A stretch of 64,000 nt of DNA from Phoronis australis (GCA_002633005.1 NMRA01000455.1:110652-174651); one strand, 5' to 3'. Counted from the stretch's first letter, positions 24,634 to 36,919 are shown. Numbers and translations are program-made. The notes: generated by a model not told the origin, from the letters alone.

Positions 24634-26805
24634 TTACCGCATTAGCGACGGCTTCACGGCAATAAAACACAGGAGGATAAGATAAATTGATCAATTATCG
24701 ACTGCAACTGGTGTGTGTTTCGCTTCTGAAATTGAAATCGTCATTAAAAGTTATGTTAGGGCCATTTTTCGCGACAAAATACCATGAGATAGATGCGCGA
24801 GGTTGCGGATCCGGCCGGTCGATGATGAACGGTGTTCGTAAATCTTTGAACTGTGGCCTGCGAGTCGGATGTCAGAAAAAAGAGCACGGGATCTCGGGAA
24901 AGGATCTAGATTAATATCTGGACTAGCGTAGATTTAGAAACTTTTCTCTGGATTTAACTCCAGAACGGGGGTTTATGTAATGCGCCGACGTGCTATTGGT
25001 CGCTTCGCCACTTAGTTCCCAAAACCATGGTCATTGCGATTGTTTTTTCTTAAAGAAAGAAAAAAGACATCTTGAATAAACATCAGACATTTGCAATCAG
25101 AAATGTTTCTTTTCCGTCAGAGAAGTAAAGTACCTGCATATTTCTGTCAGGTGTCTGTGCCAATCCGTTCACTGGGTAAAACGGGACTTTAAAAACAAAA
25201 ATTCCTATTATTAATTTGCTGCGTTATTCAACAAAAAATAGTTTTGTTTCCACACAAAATGAGCCTAGCACGTAATCAAAACGTATCGGTAAATACTATG
25301 CTATCTGAATTGAGTTATTTGTATTATTATAGTACATATTATATTACATACCAATTCAAACTATTATTATCATTATGAAAATGAAATGTTCTGTCACGTT
25401 TACTTGAAATGTAATGATTCCAGGAGTGTTTCTGTTTCTAGTAACTGCCAGTGTACACATTCATGATACATAAGTCCACCCATAAGTACAACTAGGCAGA
25501 GAACGAACCCCGCACGGATAGTCAGTCACAGTTGGAAACCAAATCAAATCTCCTAACGTGTCTAAATTAAAACTGTACAAAGGATGAAACGAGTTTTAGA
25601 ACGATTCCCCATTCATACGAATACAATACTTGGTCGTTGCAAAGGACATTCGCTGACCGGTTTATGAAGACAGCCCAATGCCCTTGAATTCATTACCCAC
25701 TGCTCTGTAACGAGTGAAATACGTGACTACTTTCCTACATTAATATGCTGCTCTGCAAACGGGAGTTAATTTTCCCCTTCATTCAAACAGTTTAAAATCG
25801 AATCGAATTGACGTCGTGTTGTTGCAGTCCATGGCTGTTGACGCAAACTCCGACCTGTATCTGATTTGTTCGCAGCTCACCCATGTGAACGAAATCATCG
25901 AAGGTAATCCATTACCGCTCTGGGAAACTGAACAAATCAGTTCACCTGCAAGGCGCGTTGCTCATGAAGACGATCCCGTAACCGAGTTTAAAACTTACCG
26001 AATTTACACTTTCAACAGATGAAAACGTTTCCCACGAGAACTTCTTGCAGTAGAAATTTAAACAGAGTGTGCAAAATAAGCATACATTCTGCACTCCACA
26101 CACTACGATGTAGCCTTCACATGTAAATCTGAACTTATTTTTTAAGTAAGAACATGTTTAAGTTGCACTTTTTCGAATGGATAAATTTTGGAGCAACCAG
26201 ACAGCTGGTTAAGAAAATAATATGCACTTCATTGTCGATTCCGCAATGCAGACTCGATTTCTTACTGTTCCTGGTTGTCATCGAGAAGGATACTCGATCG
26301 ACGATTTTCAAAAAGACTGTCGTGTGCCAATTTACCAGAAATCAAGAATTTTGCGTCGTACCCTCGCCTTGATAATTTCAAAACTTGTAGGAAATCAGTG
26401 AATTATCTTTTCTGTCAAACCGTGTCAAACAATTGAAACGTCAATCAATATTCGAATCTCCTAGCAGAAGCAATAAGCCGACAGAGGACAGATAAAATGC
26501 TTTCTAGCGGTTTCTGGGCTTAACTCTCATTATTGCACATTGTATTTTCAGGGGCGAGGCTGATAAATAATTAATAATAACTTCTGCCAAAGAACTGCGT
26601 GGCAGCAAATTTCCGTTCTTTAATAAACTCACAAAGCAATCAAGATCTTGTTAACCAATACAGAAGTTTATTTTGGAACGTCGTCTAAGCATCAAACACC
26701 AATAAAAACTGTCGCCCACTTTAGGAATAAATGATAAAAATAAAGTACAACTATTATTAAAATCTCTTGGTCTATTTACACCGACCTCTAGTCTATATAC
26801 ACCGT

Positions 26806-26847
26806 CACGACGTTTCGGTCGGTCTCTTCTCCGGCCATCGTCAGGTG
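26806..26847 (-). ncRNA. Minimal type I hammerhead ribozyme (Penelope type), intact core
   Basis: - strand reads CAC-CUGACGA-U-GGCCGG(AGAAGAGA)CCGACC-GAAACGUC-GUG: 3-bp stem I, stem II, palindromic ACGU stem III and GUC cleavage triplet. Confidence 0.8.
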
Positions 26848-28089
26848 TTCCCGCACCAAATGACACCATGGTGAGCTTTGATGTCGAAAGCCTATTCGCA
26901 TGTGTACCAACAGCAGAGGTTCTCCCATTACTCAGGTCAAAGTTAGAACATGACCACAAGCCATCAGAGGATGCAAACCTCCCAATAGGCTCCATTCTGG
27001 AATTAGTGACATTCTGTGTCAATACCACCTACTTCTAATACAAAGACAAGCTCTACGAGCAGACACAAGGAATGGCATTGGGTTCACCACTATCACCAGT
27101 CTTAGCTAACTTGTACATGGAGTGGTTTGAACAAACAGCTCTCAGCTCAACTAGCAGACCCCCGGAGATGTGGAAACGATACGTTGATGACACATTCACA
27201 ATATTCAGCCAAGACTCAGAAAATCCATCAGAGTTTCTTGACCATCTGAACAACATAGCGCTTACAATTAGATTCACAATGGAAGAAGAGACAAATAACA
27301 GTCTCCCATTCCTACACGTACTAGTGACTCGTGTCGAAAGACAGTTAACAACGTTAGTCTACTATATAAGACGACCCACACAGGCCGATACCTCGACTTC
27401 AACTCCAACCACACCAAAGGAATCAAGAAGGGTATAATCAAATGCCTTACATCAAGAGCAAAGGAAATCTGCAGGGATACAACACTTAAAGCAGAAATAA
27501 CCAACCTGACGGAGACATTCGAAAGAAATGACTACCCAAGGGATTTCATCAAGTCGGCTTTAACATCGCAGAGGAAAGACAAAGTGGCAGAAGAACGCCC
27601 ACTGCAGACTATTTGCTTACCGTATATACCCGGAATAACCGAGAAGCTAGGACGCATATGTAGAGAATTTAAAATAAGAACAGTATACCGAAGCTCAGAC
27701 ACACTGGGTCGACGATTGACAAAATTCAAACCAAGAACTGACATGGGAAAAAGAAAATGCCATTTATAAAATCCCTTGTGAATGTGGTGAATCGTATATC
27801 GGTGAAACATTAAGACCACTGGAGACTAGAATTGCTGAGCATAAGAGGTGTTGTAGAGAAGGTAATACCTCATCAGGAGTAGCAGAACACATGTGGTCGA
27901 AACAACACAACATCCAGTGGAATAACATCCAGTGAAACAGGTTGGACCAAGAGAAAGATCAAGGAAGCCATGTACATGGAAGTACAAGGCAATGTCTTCA
28001 GTCAGCCAAGCAAACAACCACGTGACACCTGGCTCAGTCTACTTAGGAAGGTTTAAGTATAATAAAAAAATACCCTCTAAGTAATTGGA

Positions 28090-28180
28090 TGACTCCGTGG
28101 TGTAGCGGTTAAGGTGCTGGACTAGAATTATCTGTAGTTTCAGAAGTCGTGGGTTCAAATCCTGCCTCGCACAAAAAAAA
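28090..28180 (+). other. tRNA-Ser(AGA)-like / SINE-head sequence with oligo-A tail inside the PLE 3' region
   Basis: A box in GTGGTGTAGCGGTTAAGG, anticodon loop GGACTAGAA, B box GGTTCAAATCC, then A8. The stems are imperfect, so it is not a functional tRNA. Confidence 0.7.
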
Positions 28181-28219
28181 CCATTAGTATCCGTGCTCGT
28201 TCTTCTAAGAACGTGAGAA

Positions 28220-28255
28220 CACCTGACGATGGCCGCAGAAGACCAAAACGTAGTG
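28220..28255 (+). ncRNA. Degenerate hammerhead ribozyme in the 3' pLTR
   Basis: CAC-CUGACGA-UGGCCGCAGAAGACC-AAAACGUA-GUG; GAAA is mutated to AAAA and stem II is partly deleted. Confidence 0.6.
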
Positions 28256-28410
28256 ACAGTGTATATAGACTAATAATAGTTGTAATACGCCACCACCTCA
28301 GAGCGGTTTTAGGAAGTCAAGAGAAAGTAGTCTAAATACCCCGAAATAATGATTTGCCGTTGGCAGTCGACATCCTGTCAGCATTTTAATGTCGACTGGT
28401 GCAAAACTTC

Positions 28411-29106
28411 TTATTCCTTGTAATTGCAACGAGCTTCCTCCATAGTGCCAAAGTATTTTGAATCAACGAGAAACTGGCACAGTTTTGTGATAGCACCAGC
28501 TTTGGTCTCGTCGACAGCCGTAACGATAAAATTAGGGTAAAATTCGATGCGGTTTTCATACATCATTTCTGGTAAAGTTTGAAGCCCTACATTTGTAACC
28601 AGCAACTTCACGTCATATTTTTTAGCATTCGACAACATATGACCATAAGCAGTATTAAACTTATCTCTTGATCTGCCCAAGTAGAAATAATGAGAAACAG
28701 AAAATTTTTTGGGCTCAATCTTCATTTCATCTCGAGTAACAATAACGCCACACCGCAGCTGCGCATGTAAAACCCGTATGTCGTAACCGTACACTGCATT
28801 GATGAGATTAGGTTGGTCACCGCACGCAGGGCGGGGATTTATTTCTACTAACTTGGGGGTTGCTTCATCGCTGCTTCGGACAAGTTCTACGTTGTATACC
28901 CCATGGCGAAGACCCACTGCTAAGCAACACTGGTACGCTGCGTCAACTAACGTAGTATGCTTCTTCGAGTTAGCGCCTGGAATGAAGCTCATGGTGCTCC
29001 GAAATTCTGAGCCTATTCCCGTAATGAATCCGTCGATGAGCTTCCCTTGGGAGATCACAACGTCGATTTCATAATGGGACCCTGGCAGATATTCCATGAC
29101 AACCAC
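28411..29106 (-). CDS. ATP-grasp gene terminal exon
   Basis: ttcccag| VVVMEYLPG...HGVYNVEL...LVEINPRP...CNYKE*. Confidence 0.88.
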   Translation of the reverse strand: MVVMEYLPGSHYEIDVVISQGKLIDGFITGIGSEFRSTMSFIPGANSKKHTTLVDAAYQCCLAVGLRHGVYNVELVRSSDEATPKLVEINPRPACGDQPNLINAVYGYDIRVLHAQLRCGVIVTRDEMKIEPKKFSVSHYFYLGRSRDKFNTAYGHMLSNAKKYDVKLLVTNVGLQTLPEMMYENRIEFYPNFIVTAVDETKAGAITKLCQFLVDSKYFGTMEEARCNYKE

Positions 29107-32100
29107 CTGGGAAAGAAATACATCTTCTCTGAGGAACGCAGCAAAATAGGCGAACAAGATATTTTGTATTGATACAGAGGTGAACGGCAACTCTAGCGTG
29201 AATATTCAGTGCGTTTGTCTGCTCAAAGCAGCCCTTTAATCCTTACAACCTTCTACAAGCTAAACAAAACTTACCGACTGAGAGTATGCGATTTTTTTGT
29301 AGTCTGATGTCCCAGAGGCTATACCAACTGACATGTCGCTGAAGAATTTTAAGCAGTTAGCCTTGTCGTACAAAATCTTGCACCCAATAGCGGCATGGCC
29401 AGAACGAGGCTTCATAACCACAGGAAATTTTAGCTTTTCTAGCGCTGCTACAACTTCCTCCTCGGTGTGTGCACGGTAAGTGGCTACGCCATACTGAAAG
29501 AAAATTTTCCGGTTCGACTTCATGCCGCACAATAATACTTTTAAAAAGGATACCAAACCCGGTTTTGGCCTATTAACTGATATTAAAAACGGCACTGGCA
29601 TCCAAATCCCTGAAACAAAATAATGCTCAGCCCTCGACAACCCTCAAAATTTGGAGGAAAATTTGAAAACTTCTGTCAAAGTCTGCCAAACCGGCAAGCC
29701 TGGCCTACGCCTTTAGCAATTCACAAAGCAGTTGTGGAGAAAGAACACCCACCAAGAACCATAATACCCAATATGTTACATAGGGACTATAAATTTTTAC
29801 TTGATTCCTGCTCGTATTTTTCATAATTGACGCTAAGCAGGTGTCACAACGAGGATTGACTGAAATTATCAAAACAGGGTTTAGTATCTTTTAATTGAAA
29901 CACCGTGGAAGGGGAAATGAGGGTAGGAAGGACAGGGAAGGGTAATTGGCAACTGCTAAATCGGAGTTTGAGAACCGGACACAGAAGAAAGGCAGAAGTA
30001 CATTGTAGTTAGGAGATTAAGTAAAGGCTGGAGAGCGGTAGTGCGATAGGATAGCGAGTGTGGAGAGGAATACAAACTGAGGTGTTTGGTCAGATGTATC
30101 AACCAAAGCATTTGTCATCCTTATTCGTTAATGAATCGCAAGAAGGTCTGCTTTCGTGTCCGAGGGCCAGAAGTGTAGTAGCAACACTCCCGTCACCTCC
30201 CACGTAGGTAGGAAATGGCTTTTTATGATCTACTCGAGACAATACCTCAAGCGATATTACCTGCTCGAGACAATACCTCAAGTCATGATATTACCCATCC
30301 GAGGCAATTCCTGAGAAAGCCAAAATACCCAACCCAGTTGGCGGCATATCTTTACTTACTCCTTTTTTGAGAGAACCCTCCCTCCCTAACCGAAGTAACA
30401 CCACCCTCACAATGCGTTACGCACTCGCGCTGTGGAACGAGTATCGCGACCGATTCATCTGCCAGTCGGAATACTGCCGTGTCGTTATCAGTTTGACAGT
30501 GGCAACCTAATGTTTACATAGTCCAGCTCTCTTATTGTTTGTTTCGTCTGATGCTCACTTAATCCAGCAAATATGTTGTAAACAGCTCGCCTGACGTTAA
30601 CCAATATTTAAATATAATATTTGCAAACGACTTTCAAAAAATGTCGTGAAGCAGATGTGTTTTGTATGAAATACTTTCACCAAAAAACTTCGAATGGAGA
30701 AAAACGATTGATTTCAGAGAAATTAGACTTAACTTTCGCCTGCTGATTCCTTTGTGTAACTGTAAACTCTGACCAGTTTAACGACACTGTTGACTACACA
30801 AAAGATGTGTTTGACAAGTTAAAACGAGCGTTATTCTAGATTAGATCGTGATAGTGGAAATTTCTTGATTTTTACACTGCAGGAGAATACGTAATGCTAA
30901 TACCGTGCGTTTTTTTAACTGTATGGTGTTACCTTAGCAGCTCGAGGAGTCTTAAGCACGAGCTCTTGAGTGACATCCTTCAAATGCGCCGCCTTTGTGC
31001 TTTCGCAACTGTCCCCTGGTATCTGAAGCTGTGCACAAATGTAACTTCCTACTACGCAGGATAGGTCACCGAAAAAACAGCCTGCGTTCACCTAGGAGCA
31101 ACAGATTGAAAGCGTTCATACGAATTAAGAAAACGTAAACTCTTAACGATAGAGATCCAAGCCGCTATCACATCACTAATTCATTTGACAGACAAAATAG
31201 AAAGTTCCACAAATTTTCCGGTTGCCATGGAGCAGCAGAGCCCTGTAGCAGTTGCAAAGTATGAACTTTGAAGAAATAAAAACCAATAAACCCTTGGCGT
31301 CTACGGTAGTGTGTCTGAGTGACAGCGACTGATTTTGTGAGCTCTTGGATGATGTTCTAACCAGGATGGCAACTTCGACGAAAGTGTCTTTAGCACGAGT
31401 AGTATTTGATTCTTAACACGAGAAGTTATTGATTCTTTTGCGGTTGATTATTCATCAATAGCTGATGAGAACTAAAGGAGGCCTGTATTTGCCCCTGCTG
31501 ATCGAGTAAGGTTCTCCGAAACCCCCGGCCTAGGTCATTTTGAGGAAGTTCTGCACTTTACCGGCAACTGCATTGCTGTCTGTGCGACCCTTGGAACAAA
31601 TCGTGACATTTGTAACTAAAACGCTTGTGACTAATGCATAAAGCCGCGACGTCTGTTTATTATTTTGTTGTAGCGCTGTGCATAATGCACTTTTCTGAGT
31701 CTCCTATCCACAGTGTGATACGAAGACAATTGTCCACCTGTTAGTCAGCCAACAAAACTTTTCAACACAGCTTTTGACAAAGTTATGTCAGAAGCAAGCA
31801 AAACATGCCACAAGCATCAACAACTATCACTGATCACTTTTGGGGGGTTGTCAAGATCAAAATTACGAATTAATAAAGGAAGGCCTATTAAGTTGAGATT
31901 ATTATTTTCAAGCTTGCCATATGATAATGGCTTACCAAAGTAGGTCGTTTGGGGTGGTTTTTAAGTAAACACAACTCTCTAAGGTTAATTCCCGGCTAAT
32001 TTGGTTTACAGTAGCCAATAAAACGCTGAATCACATAACTGCGTACTCTAGTGCAGATGACTTGCACTAACTGATAACTAAAACCAAAGACAAATATTTC

Positions 32101-32725
32101 AAAACCAGTAGCATTATATTTTGAAAACCAAAAATATCCGTCATGAAAGCTACTGCAAATAATCTCGTCAACTGCTTATTCAACAACATAGACATGACCG
32201 CAGTTATTTACTAGGGACACCTGGCGTTGCCATTGCGTAAAATGAAGCTCCCAAGGCGCCAGTGTGGAGGACATGATTTATACGAGCCACCAAGTTGGAG
32301 GACACAGTTTATATAAGATGGTTGCTAAATTAATGACTATTAAGTTCGGTAACACTCACTTTGATGTTTTTGTCATTAAGCCATTTGATTATACCAGCGC
32401 TTATTTCTTCGACAGGGCGGCCGTCCTCTGTCCCGTAAATCAAGCTATCAGCGTTGAACTCGTCAATAATTCCCATCGCTTTCATCTTCTCACACCAGTA
32501 GCGGTTGTCATCACACGAATCGGCTATCACGCAAAATGATTTAAGACCATTCCTCTTCATTTTAACCCAGAATGTGTCAGGTATATCGACGTCACTATTT
32601 ACAAACATGGAGTCGCTTACGCACAAGAGCGTCTTTTCTGCGAGAGGCCCATGTGGTCTGAACTCTTCCTCAAAGATCCTAAAATGGGTCGATAACAAGG
32701 ATTTCATACGACAAAAGGGCAACAC
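28411..32725 (-). CDS. ATP-grasp ligase, carnosine synthase (CARNS1)-like / L-amino-acid ligase family, about 470 aa
   Basis: Exons ~32725-32360 (start uncertain; first in-frame ATG is MKSLLS), 31091-30933, 29493-29275 and 29106-28411, all phase 0 GT-AG. Motifs: LQIPG...AAHLK, FPVVMKPRSGHAAIG, VMEYLPG, GLRHGVYNVEL, KLVEINPR. Confidence 0.85.
29275..29493 (-). CDS. ATP-grasp gene exon (B-domain, FPVVMKP)
   Basis: ctttcag| YGVATYRAHTEEEVVAALEKLKFPVVMKPRSGHAAIG... |gtaagt. Confidence 0.85.
30933..31091 (-). CDS. ATP-grasp gene internal exon missed by the ORF track
   Basis: cctag| VNAGCFFGDLSCVVGSYICAQLQIPGDSCESTKAAHLKDVTQELVLKTPRAAK |gtaaca; corresponds to the 'LGLPG...A.DK..MR' segment of ATP-grasp ligases. 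Confidence 0.8.
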
Positions 32726-33631
32726 AGTAAGTGCCGATGATAATGACGAAGACGGCGTTAATGATGACGCTGATGCGGGGCAAGCACTAGCTGAATAAAT
32801 TGATGTCTCATAATTTTGGAAAGTATGCTCTTTTTCTGATTTCTACGTATACCTGACTATTGCAACATAAATTTTGCCCATGTCCCTAACCAATAACCCT
32901 TCAGACACTAATTTCCAGCCCGTGAACTGTCGTAATTTTAATATCCTTGATCATCACAAAAAGAAATTGCGTGCACAAAAACGAAGTCTAAACATTTGTT
33001 GTCGCGTGACCATGTGTCTCCAAAAAAACAGACGTGATTTTCACGATGATTGCGCTCGCTCCTGTAAGGTTATTTGCCAAAGTACATGTATAGGATTACA
33101 CCCGAGTGCATACATAAGGTGTACATAAAAACTAGACATCCTCGGGCGTAAATATACTGTCTGCTGTTTGCAACAGGGGCTAAGGTTATGCAGAATCCTA
33201 CTGACAAGTCTTCGTATTAAGTGAATATCTAGACAATTTTAGATCATTTTAACTCGGTAAAAGTATGTATTTTGTGAGAGCAGAAAGGTTGAAGAATTTG
33301 AATTGAGACTTTTTCAATCTGCATTGGGTCAAGTTACCACGTATTTTCAGTAGGACTAAGCTTTAGCACAAAAGAACGTTTGATTGGCTTCAAATGAACT
33401 GAATCAGTAACATGGACAAATTTTATATGATAGTAAAACATATTCAACTTTAAAAAGCGCACTTACAGTAATTTAAATTGTAACTTCGTTTCATGCAGCT
33501 TTTGAGATTTTCCAAGAAAGTCATAAAAGTCCTACATTTTTAAAATCTCTCACGCAAAAATGGAACACTTTAAAGCAAACCCTAATACAGTGACGAAAAA
33601 CAGTGCATTAAACATATTTTCTGAAAGAAAG

Positions 33632-33790
33632 AAAAACTTACAAAAATTAACGACGTTGCGTCCGCATCTCACGGACTTCAGCTTGGCTTGTGACGTTATC
33701 GTTATTCTGGCCAATTTGGGGTGTTTTGGCTGAACGGCGCGGCATTGACGTGAGATGCGGGCGCAACGTCGCTAATTTTTGTAAGTTTTT
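33632..33790. repeat. Inverted repeat with about 41-bp arms (MITE-like hairpin)
   Basis: aaaaacttacaaaaattaacgacgttgcgtccgcatctcacg pairs with cgtgagatgcgggcgcaacgtcgctaatttttgtaagttttt. Confidence 0.75.
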
Positions 33791-33959
33791 ATTCCAGTAT
33801 TAGACTCAAACTTGATCTGTTTTCTCAACTGGATGTCTCAAATTTTTCACATTTTCTGAAAGTTTTATGTGAATCCACGGAGCCATTTCTGAGATATGAT
33901 GTTCAAAGTTAGCGACTCTTGACCATTTCTAGGGCCCTACTTAAGCGATAGACTGGTTG

Positions 33960-34445
33960 TCCCTATTGATAGATTTTTATTAACTATGTCCGTAAATTTG
34001 GCAAGAAAATCGATAGAGATATAACACTAAGTATATCAATAGAGATAATGTATTAATACTGAATTTACAGATAGATATGCTATACTTAGTCCGTCGATAG
34101 AGGTATTAATACAAAGTCTATAGATGAAAATACACGTATCTCAAATCTATCGATATTGCAATACACTAAGTCAATCGATAGAGATACATTTATTAATACT
34201 AAATCTATCGATAGAGATCTTAATACTTAGTCTATCGATAGATGTATTAACGCTAAGTCTGTTGACAAAGATACTAAATCTGATGTAATACTAAGTCAAT
34301 CGATAGAAATGCATGTACTAATATTAATTGTTTGATAGAGATCCCAATGCTGTCTTTAGAAATACTTAGTCTTTCGGCAGAAATATTGATACTGAATCTA
34401 TCGATTGGGATTATTAATGCTCATATATAGAGATGTTAATAGTAA
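33960..34445. repeat. Degenerate minisatellite (about 27-30 bp unit) with palindromic TCTATCGATAGA core
   Basis: Recurrent taatactaagtctatcgatagagat-like units. Confidence 0.75.
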
Positions 34446-35219
34446 GTCTTTCAGTAAAGCTATAAGACTGCAGTAAAAAGGTCGCTGACCTTCTACAACC
34501 ACCGCTTATTACGGTGTCAAGGTACCTTTCACCCCAACATTACTAAACTGAGAAACTTACATTCTCGTGGTAAGAGGCATTACTACGACGTCCCAACCAG
34601 AAAGTGTACTGTACGTTGGAAATGGCACAAGCTACTCACGCGATAGCTTATATATGTCTAAATATGGACTAAACACCCTGTTTGTTTAAAATTCCAAGTG
34701 AATCAACGATGGGGGTACTTGCAATATTATGGAGATCGATTTCACAAACCTGTCGGGTGAAGGTTTTTTGCACAAAACTGTGTGTGCGTGTTTGTGTGCG
34801 AGAGCACGTTATATCGTGATCAGCTCCATTCGTGCACCCGATTTCCGAAATCTATCAATGGATTTTCGTGAACATTTGCAGATATATACGTATGTAAATG
34901 ATCCGAGCGAATTTTCTGACGGATTTGTGGTAATTTCAATTTTTAAGTTAGTCTCGAGATCTACATTTATATCAACCGAGTTCATGGACTGCGTTTTATG
35001 ACATTTTGCAAATAAGTTTATTTCAAAGAGACGACAACACCTTCCAGTCTCCGGATTCATCATATTCTGTGTGCCTGCTATTTGGCGTCCACCTCTCTAT
35101 TTGTCAAATCACCTAAAGGATCGTTACGAAATTCCACAGATGGTGTTCCCGAAATGAAAACGCGTGATATTGGTATTTGGATGGCTCTAGTTATTGTGGC
35201 GCCCTCAAATAGAATTGTT

Positions 35220-36006
35220 TTTATGATCGACATATGTCCCGAATGATATATGGTAGGTAGTGCGTCGCAAGCTCGTTACCAGAGATGAAACTAAGACCTG
35301 GGTAGGCGATATAAGGTCACTTATTATGACTAATACAATTACAAGTAAGGTCATTTATATGACACATACAATTATAAGTAAGGTAGCTATATGACTAATA
35401 CAATACCAGTAATAGTTAGTGACTAAACATGAGTAAGGTAAAAATACTAATCTCTGGTAAGATGGGCAAATAAAAAGCGCCGGCCGTACGTCGAAGAGGC
35501 CGGAACGAAGGAGGTGAACAGAAAACGAGGTTACAATAACAAATGTGGATTCCTAAGGACACGTGACAATCATCAGCCTATGAGAGCCCCAGAGCTGACC
35601 AAACTCTCGGCACGTGATAACAATTGACCAATGAGGCTGGGAGAATGACGAGTAGTCCTACACAAAGGAATAATAGACTAGACCGAATTGAGGGGGAAAA
35701 GGAGTAAGACGGGTCCATATGCTCACATAAATATATTTAACGAGTGAAATACCATTTATGATCGACATACGTCCCGAATGATATATGGTAGTTCGTGCGT
35801 CGCAAGCTCGTAACCAGAGATGAAACTAAGACCTGGGAAGGCGATATAAGGTCGTTTATTATGACTAATACAATTACAAGTAAGGTCATTTATATGACAC
35901 ATACAATTATAAGTAAGGTAGTCATGTGACTAATAAAATACCAGTAATAGTTAGTGACTAAACATGAGTAACGTAAAAAATACTAATCTCCCGGTAAGAT
36001 GGGCAA
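35220..36006. repeat. Direct repeat of about 250 bp (35220-35469 and 35756-36006)
   Basis: tttatgatcgacata.gtcccgaatgatatatggtag...ctaatctc..ggtaagatgggcaa occurs twice. Confidence 0.8.
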
Positions 36007-36732
36007 TTTTTAATGTGGCTCGATGTCGTGAAATTTGGTAGATGAGTTCCAATTGACGAGAACACGGCGTTGATTAAGAGACGAGATCGGCTACTGTTAA
36101 ATCCCGAAGTGGCATGATCGGTTTTCTTTGCGCATGCCTCATGAATATCCAAGAACTCAGTGCATAGATGTATGTTTACGAAATTTGCCAACAAAATTTC
36201 TATCAGAAGGACGAAGACACCCAACTGACTTTCGTTTGATACGAGTTTGACCTATGCTGTGTCCCTTGGTGACATTTTATCTTTTTTGTTTTCTTTTTAT
36301 CGACCGGCCCGCTGCTTGAAGAATCATCTTGAGAAAAATACGCCTGTGACCTTCGGACTACAGTTCCATTTAGTTGCCTCCTGGAAACATTTTTTGCGCC
36401 AATCGGAATATCCACCAAATCTTTTGATGGACCTTCGTAAGCACCTAATTGTCTGGGAATGGATTACATTTCCACCTTTTGGGTAACTCGGCTAGAGATT
36501 CAATGTATCTCAAAAACCGGCTGGATCACAACATGCCTGTCATGTTGGACGCATGTTAAGGTAATTCACACAGGTGGACAAGTACCTTAAGCAGTCCGAC
36601 TGATGAGCAAATATACGATGCGGAGGTCATAAACGCCTTGAACTTTTTGGCCACTGCAAAGTGTTCCGACGTGTTTGTTAAGTACGTTTACCGGCTCGTG
36701 CATTGCACCTTTAATTAGAAAACGAGTGAACC

Positions 36733-36817
36733 TACGCATACATCATGTAGAAACACCTCATCTGTAGTATACGCATACATCATGTAGAAACACCTCATCT
36801 GTAGTATACGCATACAT
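36733..36817. repeat. 37-bp tandem duplication, about 2.3 copies
   Basis: tacgcatacatcatgtagaaacacctcatctgtagta. Confidence 0.75.
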
Positions 36818-36919
36818 ATATGCATTGCATTGTGATCACGTAGTATATGATTTATACAGTAATAATGTATTAAACCGGAAGGAACCCGTATCAACCCGCG
36901 TACAAAACGAACTGTAATG

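Larger units (their letters stand above)
26746..28318 (+). mobile_element. Penelope-like retroelement, 5'-truncated, with inverted 5' pLTR and direct 3' pLTR; decayed RT + GIY-YIG endonuclease
   Basis: RT motifs MVSFDVESLFACVP, YEQTQGMALGSPLSPVLANLYME, WKRYVDDTF, FTMEEETNNSLPFL, then LPYIPG and the GIY-YIG segment IYKIPCECGESYIGET.RPLETRIAEH. It contains an in-frame stop (about 27036) and frameshifts. 26746-26850 is the reverse complement of about 28217-28285. Confidence 0.93.

Noticed and set aside
28090-28172. Functional tRNA-Ser gene
   Set aside because: The acceptor and anticodon stems do not pair properly, and it is followed by oligo-A instead of a T-run terminator.
28799-29074. Plus-strand ORF overlapping the ATP-grasp exon (also 32264-32798)
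   Set aside because: These are antisense shadows of real coding exons.
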